Counted from the first letter of the stretch, positions 39,631 to 49,025 are shown. The stretch is 64,000 nt of DNA from Halorarum halobium (GCF_032116555.1 NZ_CP134949.1:372001-436000); one strand, 5' to 3'. Numbers and translations are program-made. Notes: generated by a model from the letters alone, not told the origin.

Positions 39631-40104
39631 CTATGGAAGCTCGTCCTGCCGGCGTGCCCACGCGAGCAGCGGGTCCAGCCGCTCGCACAGCTCCTCGCCC
39701 GAACCCGTCAGCTCGTACTCGACGCGGGGCGGGATCTCGTCGTACTGCTCGCGGGAGAGATACCCCGCCTCGACGAACTCCTCGAGCCGCGCGGACAGCG
39801 TCGAACTGCTCACGTCGCCGAACGCGTCCTCGATCTCGCCGTACCGCACCGGCCCGACCGCGCCGACGACACAGACGAGCTGCATCGCGTACGTCCGGCT
39901 GAGCAGGTCCATGACGCCGCCCAGCGGACAGTAGCACGCGGCCGGTTCCCCGGTCGATTCCGTCGGTTCCACCGGTTCGGTCGATTTCGCCGACTCAACC
40001 GACCCCGCCGACTCGTCCGACTCCGCTGATTCTACCGATTTCGCCGATTCTGGCGATTCTGCCGATTCCGTCGTTTCAGGCCGGCTCCCCGTTCGTCCCG
40101 TCAT
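39631..40104 (-). CDS. HxlR family winged-helix regulator with low-complexity N-terminus
   Basis: CYCPL..VMDLLS, RYGEI, SSSTLSARL.E, EIPPRVEY.LT..G; start uncertain (40104 or 39912). Confidence 0.88.
   Translation of the reverse strand: MTGRTGSRPETTESAESPESAKSVESAESDESAGSVESAKSTEPVEPTESTGEPAACYCPLGGVMDLLSRTYAMQLVCVVGAVGPVRYGEIEDAFGDVSSSTLSARLEEFVEAGYLSREQYDEIPPRVEYELTGSGEELCERLDPLLAWARRQDELP
39952..40077. repeat. 14 degenerate tandem 9-bp units (NNCCGAYTC-like) encoding E-S-x tripeptides
   Basis: ggtcgattc cgtcggttc caccggttc ggtcgattt cgccgactc ... cgtcgtttc. Confidence 0.8.
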
Positions 40105-40132
40105 AGCTTCGTTCGAGCACACCTGGTTCGAT

Positions 40133-40172
40133 GCTTCGGACTCGACAGTATATGTGCTTTGGATCTCGAAGT
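40133..40172. promoter_or_regulatory. Imperfect inverted repeat between divergent hxlR-like and merB-like genes, candidate operator
   Basis: GCTTCGGACTCGACAGT-atatgt-GCTTTGGATCTCGAAGT, two related 17-mers around an AT-rich core. Confidence 0.4.
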
Positions 40173-40181
40173 AACGGCTGC

Positions 40182-40874
40182 ATGTCGGATTCCAGGTGCC
40201 GTTGCTGTGACCCCACGGACGCACCGACGACCGACCGTCCCGCGTCGACGGACCGCTGGCTCGACGAGCGCCCGGCGGGCGACGCGTCGCTCCCGCCCGA
40301 CGTGGCCGACCGCATGAACGAGTTCTACGGGACGTCGATCGGGACGATCGACGAGTTCGTGGCCGCGACCCGCGTCGCGACGGGTGGCGGCGCGATCGCC
40401 CGCGAGGACCTCTGTCACGTCGAGGTGGAGACACCCCACGTCGCCAGGACGGCCGGGGAGCGCCACCACTTCCGGTGTTTCCTCGACGGGATCGCGCTCG
40501 CGTTCATCGCCGAGGAGCCGGTCGAGATCAGCACCGTGAGCCCCTCCGGAGCGCCGATCGAACTCGACGCGACGCCCGACGGCGACGTCGCTGCGACGCC
40601 GTCCGAGGCGGTGATGTCGCTGGGGATCGCGGCGGACGTGGCGACCGGCGACGACACGGCGTCCGTCGACGACGCAGCGACCGGTGACGATACGGCCCAC
40701 GTCGACGGCGCGCCGGCCGTCGAGGCCGTCTACGGGGCCGTCTGCCCGGCCGTGAAGGCGTTCCCCTCGCGGGAGCACTACGAGGGCTGGGCGGCGGGCG
40801 TCGACGCCGCCACCGTCGGGCTCCCGCTTCCGCTCGGAGCGTCGATCGCCGCCGCCCTGACGGGGGAGCGTTGA
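40182..40874 (+). CDS. Organomercurial lyase (MerB)-like protein
   Basis: FRCFLDG (CxxD catalytic pair), VMSLG, VCP.VKAFPSRE.Y..W; N-terminal CRCC. Confidence 0.75.
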   Translation: MSDSRCRCCDPTDAPTTDRPASTDRWLDERPAGDASLPPDVADRMNEFYGTSIGTIDEFVAATRVATGGGAIAREDLCHVEVETPHVARTAGERHHFRCFLDGIALAFIAEEPVEISTVSPSGAPIELDATPDGDVAATPSEAVMSLGIAADVATGDDTASVDDAATGDDTAHVDGAPAVEAVYGAVCPAVKAFPSREHYEGWAAGVDAATVGLPLPLGASIAAALTGER

Positions 40875-40875
40875 G

Positions 40876-41520
40876 ATGACGCCCGGTCGGACGCCGGCGT
40901 CGGACCGACCGAAGTCCCTCGCCGAGATTCGGGCGACGTACGCCGAGCAGGCCGAGTCGATCCACCGGTTCGAGCGGGTGAACCGGCTGCTTACCGGCCG
41001 GTACCGTCGCGAGCGGTTCGGGGACGTGACGGGCCGGGTGCTCGACGTCGCCTGCGGGACGGGGACGAACTTCCGCTATCTCCCGGACGGGATCGAACTC
41101 GTCGGCATCGACATCAGCCCGGAGATGCTGGCGAAGGCCGAAGAGCAGCTCGCGGCCCTCGGGATGGACGGGACGCTCCGGAACGTGGACGCGGAGGCGC
41201 TCGAGTTCGAGGACGACGGGTTCGACGCGGTGATCTCGGCGCTCTCGACCTGCACGTTCCCGGACCCCGTGGCCGCGCTCCGGGAGATGGCGCGCGTCTG
41301 TAAGCCGGACGGGACCGTTCGGCTCGTCGAACACGGCCGGAGCGACGTCGCCCCCTTCGCGCGATTCCAGGAGTGGCGTGCGGACGCCCACTACGAGCGG
41401 AACTGTTGCCGATGGACTCAGGAGCCGAGCGCGGTCGTCGCGGCCGCGGGGCTGTCCGTGCGGGATTCGAGCACCGGGCTGTTCGGCACGATCACCACGT
41501 TCGAGATCGACCCCGAGTGA
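40876..41520 (+). CDS. Class I SAM-dependent methyltransferase (small-molecule type)
   Basis: VLDVACGTG, GIDIS..ML, FDAV, RVCKPDG. Confidence 0.9.
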   Translation: MTPGRTPASDRPKSLAEIRATYAEQAESIHRFERVNRLLTGRYRRERFGDVTGRVLDVACGTGTNFRYLPDGIELVGIDISPEMLAKAEEQLAALGMDGTLRNVDAEALEFEDDGFDAVISALSTCTFPDPVAALREMARVCKPDGTVRLVEHGRSDVAPFARFQEWRADAHYERNCCRWTQEPSAVVAAAGLSVRDSSTGLFGTITTFEIDPE

Positions 41521-41539
41521 GGCGTATGGACTTGCGGTC

Positions 41540-44395
41540 TCACGCCCGGTGGCGCTCGGACTCGATGGCGTCCCCCACGATCCGGGCGAGCTCCGACCGC
41601 GACAGCGGCTCCAGTTCGACGTGGGTCCCGTCGGCCGTGTAGAGAATGCCGGCGGTCACCTCCCGCTCGGGGAACCACTCGTTCAGGACGTGGTAGTAGA
41701 CGCTCAGCTGCTTCCGGTACTCGGCCTCGGCGTGCCGACTAAGGTCGGTCTTGAAGTCGACGATCTCCGCCGAATCGGGCCGGAGGTGGACGAGGTCGAC
41801 GATCCCCGAGATCGCCACGCGCTCGCCGTCGACGGTGAGCGGGAGAAACGCGTCCGCCTCGACCCGCAGTTCACCGTCGAGCGAGTCGAGGAACCGCTTC
41901 ACGGTTCGCTCGTCCTCGTTGGCCGGCTCCGCGGCCTCGCCGTTCACGTACCGCTCGGCGAACTCGTGCGTTCGCGTACCGAACTCCGTCCCGCGGCCCT
42001 CCTCGACGTCCTCGAACACGTCCTCGCGCATCAGGGTGTGGGGCGTCTGCCCGATCGGCCCCTCAGGGGTGGGAACCGAGATCTGCAGCCTCGACTGGAT
42101 CGTTTCCTGCCCCCGGTCCTGCTGGACGTCCGGCTCCAGCTCCTCGAGTTCGACCGGGAGCTCCTCGATGAACGTGTTGGGCGTCTCCCCGGCCGAGAGG
42201 ATCAGGTGGTGCTCGGCGCGGGTCATCGCCACGTACAGCAGCCGGCGCTCCTCGTCGTAGCCGCGCGGGAGACACGTCCGAAGCACGTCCGACCGCCAGT
42301 CGTCGTACAGGTGTGGCCGCCCGTGGTCGTCCGCGTAACGCGTTCGCTGACGGAGCCCCACCGTGTCGTCGAACGTGATCGTCCCGCCGCTCCCCCCGGA
42401 CGGCGGGAACCGGTGGCGGTTCATGTTGGCGAGGACGACGATCGGGTGTTCGAGCCCTTTCGCCGCGTGGATCGTCCGCACCGTCACCGAGTTCGTGCCC
42501 GCGCCGGCGTCGATCTCGTGGGTGCTGCCCGCCTCGATGCCGCGCTCGATGTACCGAACCAGCTCCCCGCGGGTCATCGTCGTCTCGTCGTGGACCGACT
42601 GGACCGTCGTCAGGAGTTCGTCGGCGGACGCGCCGTCGTAGTCGTACCGCGAGCAGACGAGGCGGGCGACGCTGCCGACGGTTTCGCGCGCGTCGAGGTC
42701 CGCCCTGAACGACGCCATGTTCTCGGGGAACTCCCCGGTCTCGAGGACGTGCCGGATCTCGTCCAGCGCGTAGCCCGCCTCCTCGAGGACGACCGCCCAG
42801 CCGCGGTCGGCGTCCGACTCGAGGATCCGCAGCCACGCGAGGAGGAGCTTCGCGGGGTCCGACCGGAACAGTTCGATGCCGCCCTCGTAGGCCAGGGGAA
42901 CCCCGTACTCGTCGGCGGCCGAGAGCAGGTCCCTGCCGAACTCCCGCGTCCGGGTGAGCACCGCGACGTCGCCGTACTCGGGTGGTCGACGTTCGCCGTC
43001 GTCCTCGACCCGGTACGCCTCGTTCCCGACCAGCTCCTGGAGCTTCGTCAGGACCGCCTCGTGTTCGTCCTCGTGGCGGATCGCCTCGATCCGGGAGTGG
43101 TCGTGGTCCGTGTCCGCCGACAGCGAGACGACCCGCTCGCGGACCGCGTCGACGTCGACCTCGTCCGTACTCGCCGCGGGCGTCAGGAGGCTCTCCTCGG
43201 AGAAGTCGAGGATGGACTGGGTCGAGCGGTAGTTCTCGACCAGTTCGACCTCGGTGATCGGGCCGGTCGGCCACGAGACCCGCTCATGGTCGTCGTTCAG
43301 CTCTCCGACGAACCGGTCCAGCCGGGACTCGAAGTCGGTGATGTTCTCGACGGCGGCGTACTGGAACGAGTAGATGCTCTGCTTCCAGTCGCCGACGACA
43401 CAGACGTTGTCGGTGCCCGCGAGCAGGAGCGCGAGCTTGAACTGGATCTCGCTCGTGTCCTGGAACTCGTCGACCATCACGTACTCGAACTCGACCGCCT
43501 CCCGGAGCCGGTGGTCCTCACACAGCAGGACGAACGCGAGGAGCTGGAGGAAGCTGAAGTTCAGGTAGTTCCGACCCAGCGCGAACGCCAGGTACTCGTG
43601 GTAGACGTCGTGGACGAACGATGTGAGCCCCTCCCGGTCCTCCTCGAACGCGCGCCGTGCGACGTCATCGGGAACCCGTTTCGTCCCCTCCCCGCGGAGT
43701 TCCGACCGGTCGGGGGCATCGGGGAGGTAGCATCTGTCCCGCCCGTACCGGCCGAGTCGCTCGCGGAGACGCGACTGCTTGCTACCCCCGTTCCGCGGCC
43801 GATTCAGCTCGTCGAACGCCTCCCTGAACGCATCGAACTCGCCCTCGAGGTGTCGCTCGCCGTTCCGGTACCAGCCGTCGCCCGTGGGGAACACGCCCTT
43901 GGCCGCGAGCCGTTTGAGCAGGTCGAGGAGTTCGGTCGGGTCCGCGACCGCCCGGAAGAACTCGTCGTACTCGGGGTGGTCCTCGCTGAACCCGCGGACG
44001 AACTCCCGGAAGCGCTCGGCCTCGACGGTCTCGTCCTCGAGGAGACGCGTCGAACGGGTGACGCGGTCGTCGATGTCCAGCAGCGTCGGCGCCGCGAAGC
44101 CGTGCTCCACGAGGAGGTCGTGACAGAGGCTGTGGAACGTCTGGATGGGGGCGTCCGAGAGGGTACGCATGCCGTACTCGGAGCGGGAGACGATGCGCTC
44201 TCTCATCTCGGTCGCCGCGCCGTCCGTGAACGTCACGAGGAGGACGTCCTCGGGGTCGACCGCGTCCCGTGAGACGACGTTCGCGTACCGGCGCGTCACG
44301 GTGAACGTCTTCCCCGTCCCGGCGCCGGCGTCGACGACGTGGATCCCCTCCGTGCTCTCGATGAGCCGTCGCTGCCGGTCGTTCGGTTCGGTCAT
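41540..44395 (-). CDS. UvrD/AddA-like SF1A helicase with C-terminal RecB-type nuclease
   Basis: AGAGTGKT, VDEFQD, VGDWKQSIY, ENYRS, TIHAAKGLE, EERRLLYVAMTRA; nuclease GIVDLV..IVDFKT..QLSVY; ATG at 44395 overlaps the upstream stop. Confidence 0.92.
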   Translation of the reverse strand: MTEPNDRQRRLIESTEGIHVVDAGAGTGKTFTVTRRYANVVSRDAVDPEDVLLVTFTDGAATEMRERIVSRSEYGMRTLSDAPIQTFHSLCHDLLVEHGFAAPTLLDIDDRVTRSTRLLEDETVEAERFREFVRGFSEDHPEYDEFFRAVADPTELLDLLKRLAAKGVFPTGDGWYRNGERHLEGEFDAFREAFDELNRPRNGGSKQSRLRERLGRYGRDRCYLPDAPDRSELRGEGTKRVPDDVARRAFEEDREGLTSFVHDVYHEYLAFALGRNYLNFSFLQLLAFVLLCEDHRLREAVEFEYVMVDEFQDTSEIQFKLALLLAGTDNVCVVGDWKQSIYSFQYAAVENITDFESRLDRFVGELNDDHERVSWPTGPITEVELVENYRSTQSILDFSEESLLTPAASTDEVDVDAVRERVVSLSADTDHDHSRIEAIRHEDEHEAVLTKLQELVGNEAYRVEDDGERRPPEYGDVAVLTRTREFGRDLLSAADEYGVPLAYEGGIELFRSDPAKLLLAWLRILESDADRGWAVVLEEAGYALDEIRHVLETGEFPENMASFRADLDARETVGSVARLVCSRYDYDGASADELLTTVQSVHDETTMTRGELVRYIERGIEAGSTHEIDAGAGTNSVTVRTIHAAKGLEHPIVVLANMNRHRFPPSGGSGGTITFDDTVGLRQRTRYADDHGRPHLYDDWRSDVLRTCLPRGYDEERRLLYVAMTRAEHHLILSAGETPNTFIEELPVELEELEPDVQQDRGQETIQSRLQISVPTPEGPIGQTPHTLMREDVFEDVEEGRGTEFGTRTHEFAERYVNGEAAEPANEDERTVKRFLDSLDGELRVEADAFLPLTVDGERVAISGIVDLVHLRPDSAEIVDFKTDLSRHAEAEYRKQLSVYYHVLNEWFPEREVTAGILYTADGTHVELEPLSRSELARIVGDAIESERHRA

Positions 44396-46980
44396 CGCGT
44401 CCACCCCTCGAGGATGCAGTCGCGGTGGTCGACGTAGCGGTAGTTCGGCTCGCCGCCGGGTCCCTCGACGGGGAAGCGCTCCGCGCCCGCCCGCCGCGCG
44501 TTCACCTCCGCCAGCCGCTCGTCGACGAACGCCTCGAACGCGTCCAGGTCGTCGCTGAAGTAGTTCCGCTCCCGGATGCGGCGGAGGTGACGCAGCGCCT
44601 GCGTACAGCCGTTCTCGACGTACCTGTACTCGCCCACCGCCGCCCGCATCCGGTCGATGAGCGCCCGGCCCAGCGACGACGCGAGGAGGTCGTCGCTGTC
44701 GTCCGCCTCCGGGAACTCGTGGTCCCGGAGAACCGCCTCGTAGGCGTCGTACTCGACCTGTTCGAACGTCTTCCGGCAGTCGCCAGCGGCGTCCTCCCGG
44801 AGCTCCGTGAACACCTCCCGTCCGGCGACGTGCTCCGCGAACGGCGTCGGGTGGTACGTCACGGTCGTGAGACAGTCCTCGAGGTCGGCCTCGCCGCGGA
44901 GGACGTCCTCCAGCGTCTCCAGGAAGTGGAAGAACGTGAACTGCAGGCGCTCGTCGGGGCGATCGGCCCTGTGGTGGGTGAGATACAGCAGCGCCTGGAA
45001 GTTCGGCCGGTCGCTCGGCGGGTCGAGCGCGGAGCGTTTGACCACCGACGTCGGCGACGACTTCGCCCCGCTCTTGTAATCGATGAGGTGGTCACGCCCG
45101 TGCACGAGGTCGATCTTCCCCTTCAGGCCGAGGTCGTCGTTCTCGAACCAGCGTTCCGCGTGGGGAGCGTCCACCGCGCGGTCGTAGTACTCCGCGAAGA
45201 AGTTGCGCCCCCGGCCGCCGTCGGCCGTCACGAACGCCTCGCCCTCCGGCGGGTTCGCCTCGAGGAACTCGACGATGGTCTCCAGTCCGACCCGGTACTT
45301 CGTCCGGCGCACCTCGCGGTCGATCTCGCGCAGGAACGGGTCGACCTCCTTCAGGATGACGTCCGCGACCTCGTCGAGGTCCGCGTCCGCGACGGCGTCG
45401 GGATGGGCGACGGCGAACTCCGCGAAGTCGTGGAACAGGTTCCCCTCCGCGAAGTAGTCCCGGTCGGGGCCGTCGACGAGGCGGCCAAAGAGGTAGTCGC
45501 GTGGACAGTTGACGTACGTGCTCAGGCTCGACTGGCTGATCGCCTCCACCCGCCCCGGCTCGACGTCGAGGGGTTCCCGCTCGAAGCCGCCCCCGGGCGA
45601 CCGGGCGGTGCGGGCGTGCCGAACCGAATCGAGGTCGTCGAACCGCTCGAACGCCTCGTCGAACAGTTCCTCGAAGTAGAGACACGGCGTCACGGGCGTG
45701 CCGCCCGCCGTGTCCTGGACGAGGTACTGCTGGTCGACGCCGTTCTGGAGCAGGAGCTGGAACTGCCGGATCTGGCGCTCGAACTCCCGGTCACGGTCGA
45801 CCCACGGTCGCCGCGGCGAGGACCGCGTCCAGCCCTCGTCGATCCCCAGGAGGAACACGAGCGGGCGGTCGACGTACGCGGCCGTGTTCGCGTCCGCGAG
45901 CAGGACGCCCTCGTTCTCGCGGTCCACGGGGACGTCGTAGGTCTCCAGGTAGAACGCCAGCCGGTCGACCGCAGGCTCGGTCACCCTCTCCTCGAGAATG
46001 CCGAGCGCCCCGAGTTCCTCGCGGAACGCCGGGAGCGAGGCGTCCGTGACCGATTCGAACTCGTCGAGCGCCGTCCCGAACGTGTGCGACTCGATCCCCT
46101 CGGCGAACGCGACGAGCCAGTCGGTGCCCGGATGGTCGAGGTCGCGGAGACGCTTCTCGTCGTGTTCGACGTCGACCCCGTGCCCTAGGTGGGTGAGGAG
46201 CGGCCTGACGTCGCCGACGCGCGTGTCCCGCCCCGCGTGGGCGCTCCGGAGCAGCCCCAGGAACGCCCGGTGATCGGGCTGGTCGGCGAAGCCGGGCCCG
46301 CCGTAGTACGGGACCTCAGCGGCTTCGAGCGCGGACTCGACGAGCGGCGAGTACTGCCCGCCCGCGTCCAGGACGACGCCGACGTCGTCGGCGTTCTCGG
46401 GCGTGACCGTCTCGAGGAGGGCGTCGACGATCGCGGCCGGCGAGTCGAGGATGCGGAACGGCGAGTGGTCGAACGGCTCGTCCGTGAACGGGTCGACCGT
46501 CTCGTACTCGTCCGGGAGGATCGACCGCTCGAGCGCCGTGAGCTGGTCGATCCCGACGACGGCGACGGACGTGTCGGCGTCGATCGAGAACCCGGCGAGC
46601 CGCCCCGAGGTCGTATCCAGGTCCGCGACGCACTCGACGACCCGTTCGGTCGGTTCGCCCGCGAACGCGTCGTACTCGAGGATCGCGTCGACGCTCCCCT
46701 CGTGTTCCCAGCACTGCAGGACGTTTCCCACGACGTGGGCCGCCTCCTTCCACGGGAGGTCGAGGCGGTCGATCACCGCGAGGAACGCGAGCCTGTCCTC
46801 GGACTCCTCCCGGCGCCCGGCGGCCAGCCGGCGCGGCGTGATGGCGAACGGGCCGAACTGCGGCCCGTCGAGCCGGCGGTTCAGCGCGCTCGCGAGCGGC
46901 GCTTCGGGGACGAGCACGCGGTCGAACGCCTCGCACTCGGCGTAGAGCGTCTCCAGCGACTTCGCCCGCGTGAGTGACAC
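44392..46980 (-). CDS. AddB-like protein: degenerate helicase region plus PD-(D/E)XK nuclease
   Basis: SQSSLSTYVNCPR.Y, GNLFH, KGKIDLV..IDYKSG, FQALLY; no Walker A seen; GTG start. Confidence 0.85.
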   Translation of the reverse strand: MSLTRAKSLETLYAECEAFDRVLVPEAPLASALNRRLDGPQFGPFAITPRRLAAGRREESEDRLAFLAVIDRLDLPWKEAAHVVGNVLQCWEHEGSVDAILEYDAFAGEPTERVVECVADLDTTSGRLAGFSIDADTSVAVVGIDQLTALERSILPDEYETVDPFTDEPFDHSPFRILDSPAAIVDALLETVTPENADDVGVVLDAGGQYSPLVESALEAAEVPYYGGPGFADQPDHRAFLGLLRSAHAGRDTRVGDVRPLLTHLGHGVDVEHDEKRLRDLDHPGTDWLVAFAEGIESHTFGTALDEFESVTDASLPAFREELGALGILEERVTEPAVDRLAFYLETYDVPVDRENEGVLLADANTAAYVDRPLVFLLGIDEGWTRSSPRRPWVDRDREFERQIRQFQLLLQNGVDQQYLVQDTAGGTPVTPCLYFEELFDEAFERFDDLDSVRHARTARSPGGGFEREPLDVEPGRVEAISQSSLSTYVNCPRDYLFGRLVDGPDRDYFAEGNLFHDFAEFAVAHPDAVADADLDEVADVILKEVDPFLREIDREVRRTKYRVGLETIVEFLEANPPEGEAFVTADGGRGRNFFAEYYDRAVDAPHAERWFENDDLGLKGKIDLVHGRDHLIDYKSGAKSSPTSVVKRSALDPPSDRPNFQALLYLTHHRADRPDERLQFTFFHFLETLEDVLRGEADLEDCLTTVTYHPTPFAEHVAGREVFTELREDAAGDCRKTFEQVEYDAYEAVLRDHEFPEADDSDDLLASSLGRALIDRMRAAVGEYRYVENGCTQALRHLRRIRERNYFSDDLDAFEAFVDERLAEVNARRAGAERFPVEGPGGEPNYRYVDHRDCILEGWTR

Positions 46981-47084
46981 GAGTTTCCGGACACGAGTCG
47001 GTCACTAAAGTGTACTGTGGGGTGGGAACCGACGGCGACCCCGACCGCCGCCGGGATGGCTTCCGGTCCATCAGCAGAACGGCG

Positions 47085-48701
47085 CTACTGATACCGCCCG
47101 CGCCCCTCGATCCCGCGCAACCGCTCTAACACGGCCTCCTCGCTCACACTAGCGTACCCCTCCTCGAACGCCGCGACCAGCGACGCCGACTCGTCGGCGG
47201 TCCCCACGAGCGACTGCTCGAACACGTGGAGGTCCATCGCGTGGTCCTCGACGTGGCCCGACCCGAACCCCAGGCCGAAGTCGAGCAGGAAGACGCGCTC
47301 GCCGTCGACCCGCACGTTCCGCGTCGTCGGGTCGCCGTGGACCACGTCGGCCGCGTGGAGGCGCGCGAGGTGTTCGCCCACGGTCCCCACCGCCTCCTCG
47401 GACAGCGCCGCCGCGAGGTCCCGCTCCCCGACGCGCTGCATGCGGATCGTCGCCTCCGCGACGTCCACGTCGCGGACGAGCGGGGTCGGCACCCCCTGTT
47501 TGCGCGCCTCGGCGAGCAGTCGCGCCTCCGAGACGGTGCGCTCGCGCCGCAGCGTCGCGTCCAGGTCGGGATGGCGGTACCCCTTCGGCAGTCGTCGCTT
47601 CGTCACCGCGTCGCCCGACATCTCGACGGTCGCCTCCGCGCCGCGGAGCGCCACGTCGTCCGCCCCGCCGCTCGCCGCGCCGTTCGGGTCGGGAACCCGC
47701 GAAACGGACTCGTCGTCGCCGCGCCAGGTGACCGGCACCTCGTCGGGCCGGAAGTTCGGGTCGATGGCCGACTCCGCCACCGACACGGTGTCGCCCGCGG
47801 CGGCCATCTTCGCGCCGAGCACGGCGATCATCCCGGCGTTGTCCCGGAGGAACCGTGGCTCGGGCGCGAAGAAGTCGGCCCCGCGCGCCTCGCACATCGC
47901 CGCGAGCATCCCCCGGAGGCGGTCGTTCTGGCCGACGCCGCCGCCGAGCACCAGTTCGTCGGTGCCGGTGAGCGAGAGTGCCCGTTCGGCGACCTCGGTC
48001 AGCATCGCGAACGTGTGCTCCTGTAACGAGTTGCAGACGTCCTCGACGGGGACGCCGTCGTCGTAGGCGTCCTTCGCGGCGCTCATGATGCCCGAGAAGG
48101 AGAAGTCCATCCCCTTCACGACGTACGGGAGGTCGACGTACTCGCCGCCCGCGGCGCGGGCCTCGATCTTCGGCCCGCCGGGGTGTGACCAGCCGACGTG
48201 GCGCGTGAACTTGTCCAGCGCGTTGCCGACGCCGGTGTCCATCGTCTCGCCGAGCACGCGATACCGGCCGTCGTGATAGCCCAGCAGGTGGGCGTTCGCC
48301 CCGGAGGCGTTGAGACACACCGGCGAGTCGAACCCCGAGCGGTGGCGGCCGACCTCCAGGTGGGCGACCATGTGGTTCACGCCGACGAGCGGGACCTCGA
48401 GGGTCCGTGCCAGCGCCCGCGCGGCGGTGCCGACGATGCGGAGACACGGGCCGAGCCCCGGGCCCCGCGAGAACGCGACGGCGTCGATCGGATCGGCGCC
48501 GTGCTCCTCGCGGGCCCGCGAGAGCGCCGTCCCGACGACCGCCGGGATCGCCTCGCCCATGTGTTCTGCGGCCTCGCGCGGGTGAATGCCGCCGCTGTCG
48601 GGTTCGTACGCGTCGGACTCGATGAAAACCGCGTCCTCGGCGTCGTCGAACACCGCGGCGCTGGCACACCACGCTGTCCCTTCGATGCCCAGGACGCGCA
48701 T
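47085..48701 (-). CDS. kae1: Bifunctional KEOPS Kae1 (t6A synthase)/Bud32 kinase
   Basis: LGIEGTA, GGIHPREAA.H, GPGLGPCL, VNHMVAH, RDNAGMIA; kinase HGDPTTRN, DFGL. Confidence 0.97.
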   Translation of the reverse strand: MRVLGIEGTAWCASAAVFDDAEDAVFIESDAYEPDSGGIHPREAAEHMGEAIPAVVGTALSRAREEHGADPIDAVAFSRGPGLGPCLRIVGTAARALARTLEVPLVGVNHMVAHLEVGRHRSGFDSPVCLNASGANAHLLGYHDGRYRVLGETMDTGVGNALDKFTRHVGWSHPGGPKIEARAAGGEYVDLPYVVKGMDFSFSGIMSAAKDAYDDGVPVEDVCNSLQEHTFAMLTEVAERALSLTGTDELVLGGGVGQNDRLRGMLAAMCEARGADFFAPEPRFLRDNAGMIAVLGAKMAAAGDTVSVAESAIDPNFRPDEVPVTWRGDDESVSRVPDPNGAASGGADDVALRGAEATVEMSGDAVTKRRLPKGYRHPDLDATLRRERTVSEARLLAEARKQGVPTPLVRDVDVAEATIRMQRVGERDLAAALSEEAVGTVGEHLARLHAADVVHGDPTTRNVRVDGERVFLLDFGLGFGSGHVEDHAMDLHVFEQSLVGTADESASLVAAFEEGYASVSEEAVLERLRGIEGRGRYQ

Positions 48702-48716
48702 TCGGGGGCGGCCGCC

Positions 48717-49025
48717 CTACGCCTCTTCGGCCTCGGCGTCCTCCTCGACGCCGATGGCGTTGCGGTCGAGCATGTACGCCTGCTCGACGTCCTCGGCGTC
48801 CTCGGCCGTCTCGTACACCTTCGCGTAGCCGATCGTCTTCCGCATGCCGAACTTCGTGTTCAGCTCGTGGACGACGACCTCGTCGGCGTCCTTGTCGAGC
48901 TTGGCCGCGAGCGAGTCGCGGACCTGCAGGCGGGCGGGCGTCGCGTCCTCGTGTACGATCTCGAAGCGGACGTCGGTGCGGTGCAACATGGGGTTCCCGT
49001 CCTCGGAGATGACGTCGATGTCCAT
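48717..49025 (-). CDS. rps24e: 30S ribosomal protein S24e
   Basis: NPMLHRTDV.F...H..ATP.R, TKFGM.KT.GYAKVY. Confidence 0.97.
   Translation of the reverse strand: MDIDVISEDGNPMLHRTDVRFEIVHEDATPARLQVRDSLAAKLDKDADEVVVHELNTKFGMRKTIGYAKVYETAEDAEDVEQAYMLDRNAIGVEEDAEAEEA

Noticed and set aside
40876..41520. Methyltransferase as cognate DNA MTase of the neighbouring nucleases
   Set aside because: No (D/N/S)PP(Y/F) or PC catalytic motif; size and motifs fit a small-molecule methyltransferase
41378..44272. 964-aa plus-strand ORF and many other long overlapping ORFs (e.g. 277-1932, 13417-15453, 30833-32455, 61759-63750)
   Set aside because: Antisense or alternate-frame shadows of clear genes in high-GC DNA; Arg/Pro-rich or motif-less
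44392..46980. Cas4 call for the PD-(D/E)XK protein
   Set aside because: 862 aa, coupled to a UvrD-type helicase, incomplete Cys set and no CRISPR context; AddB-like fits better
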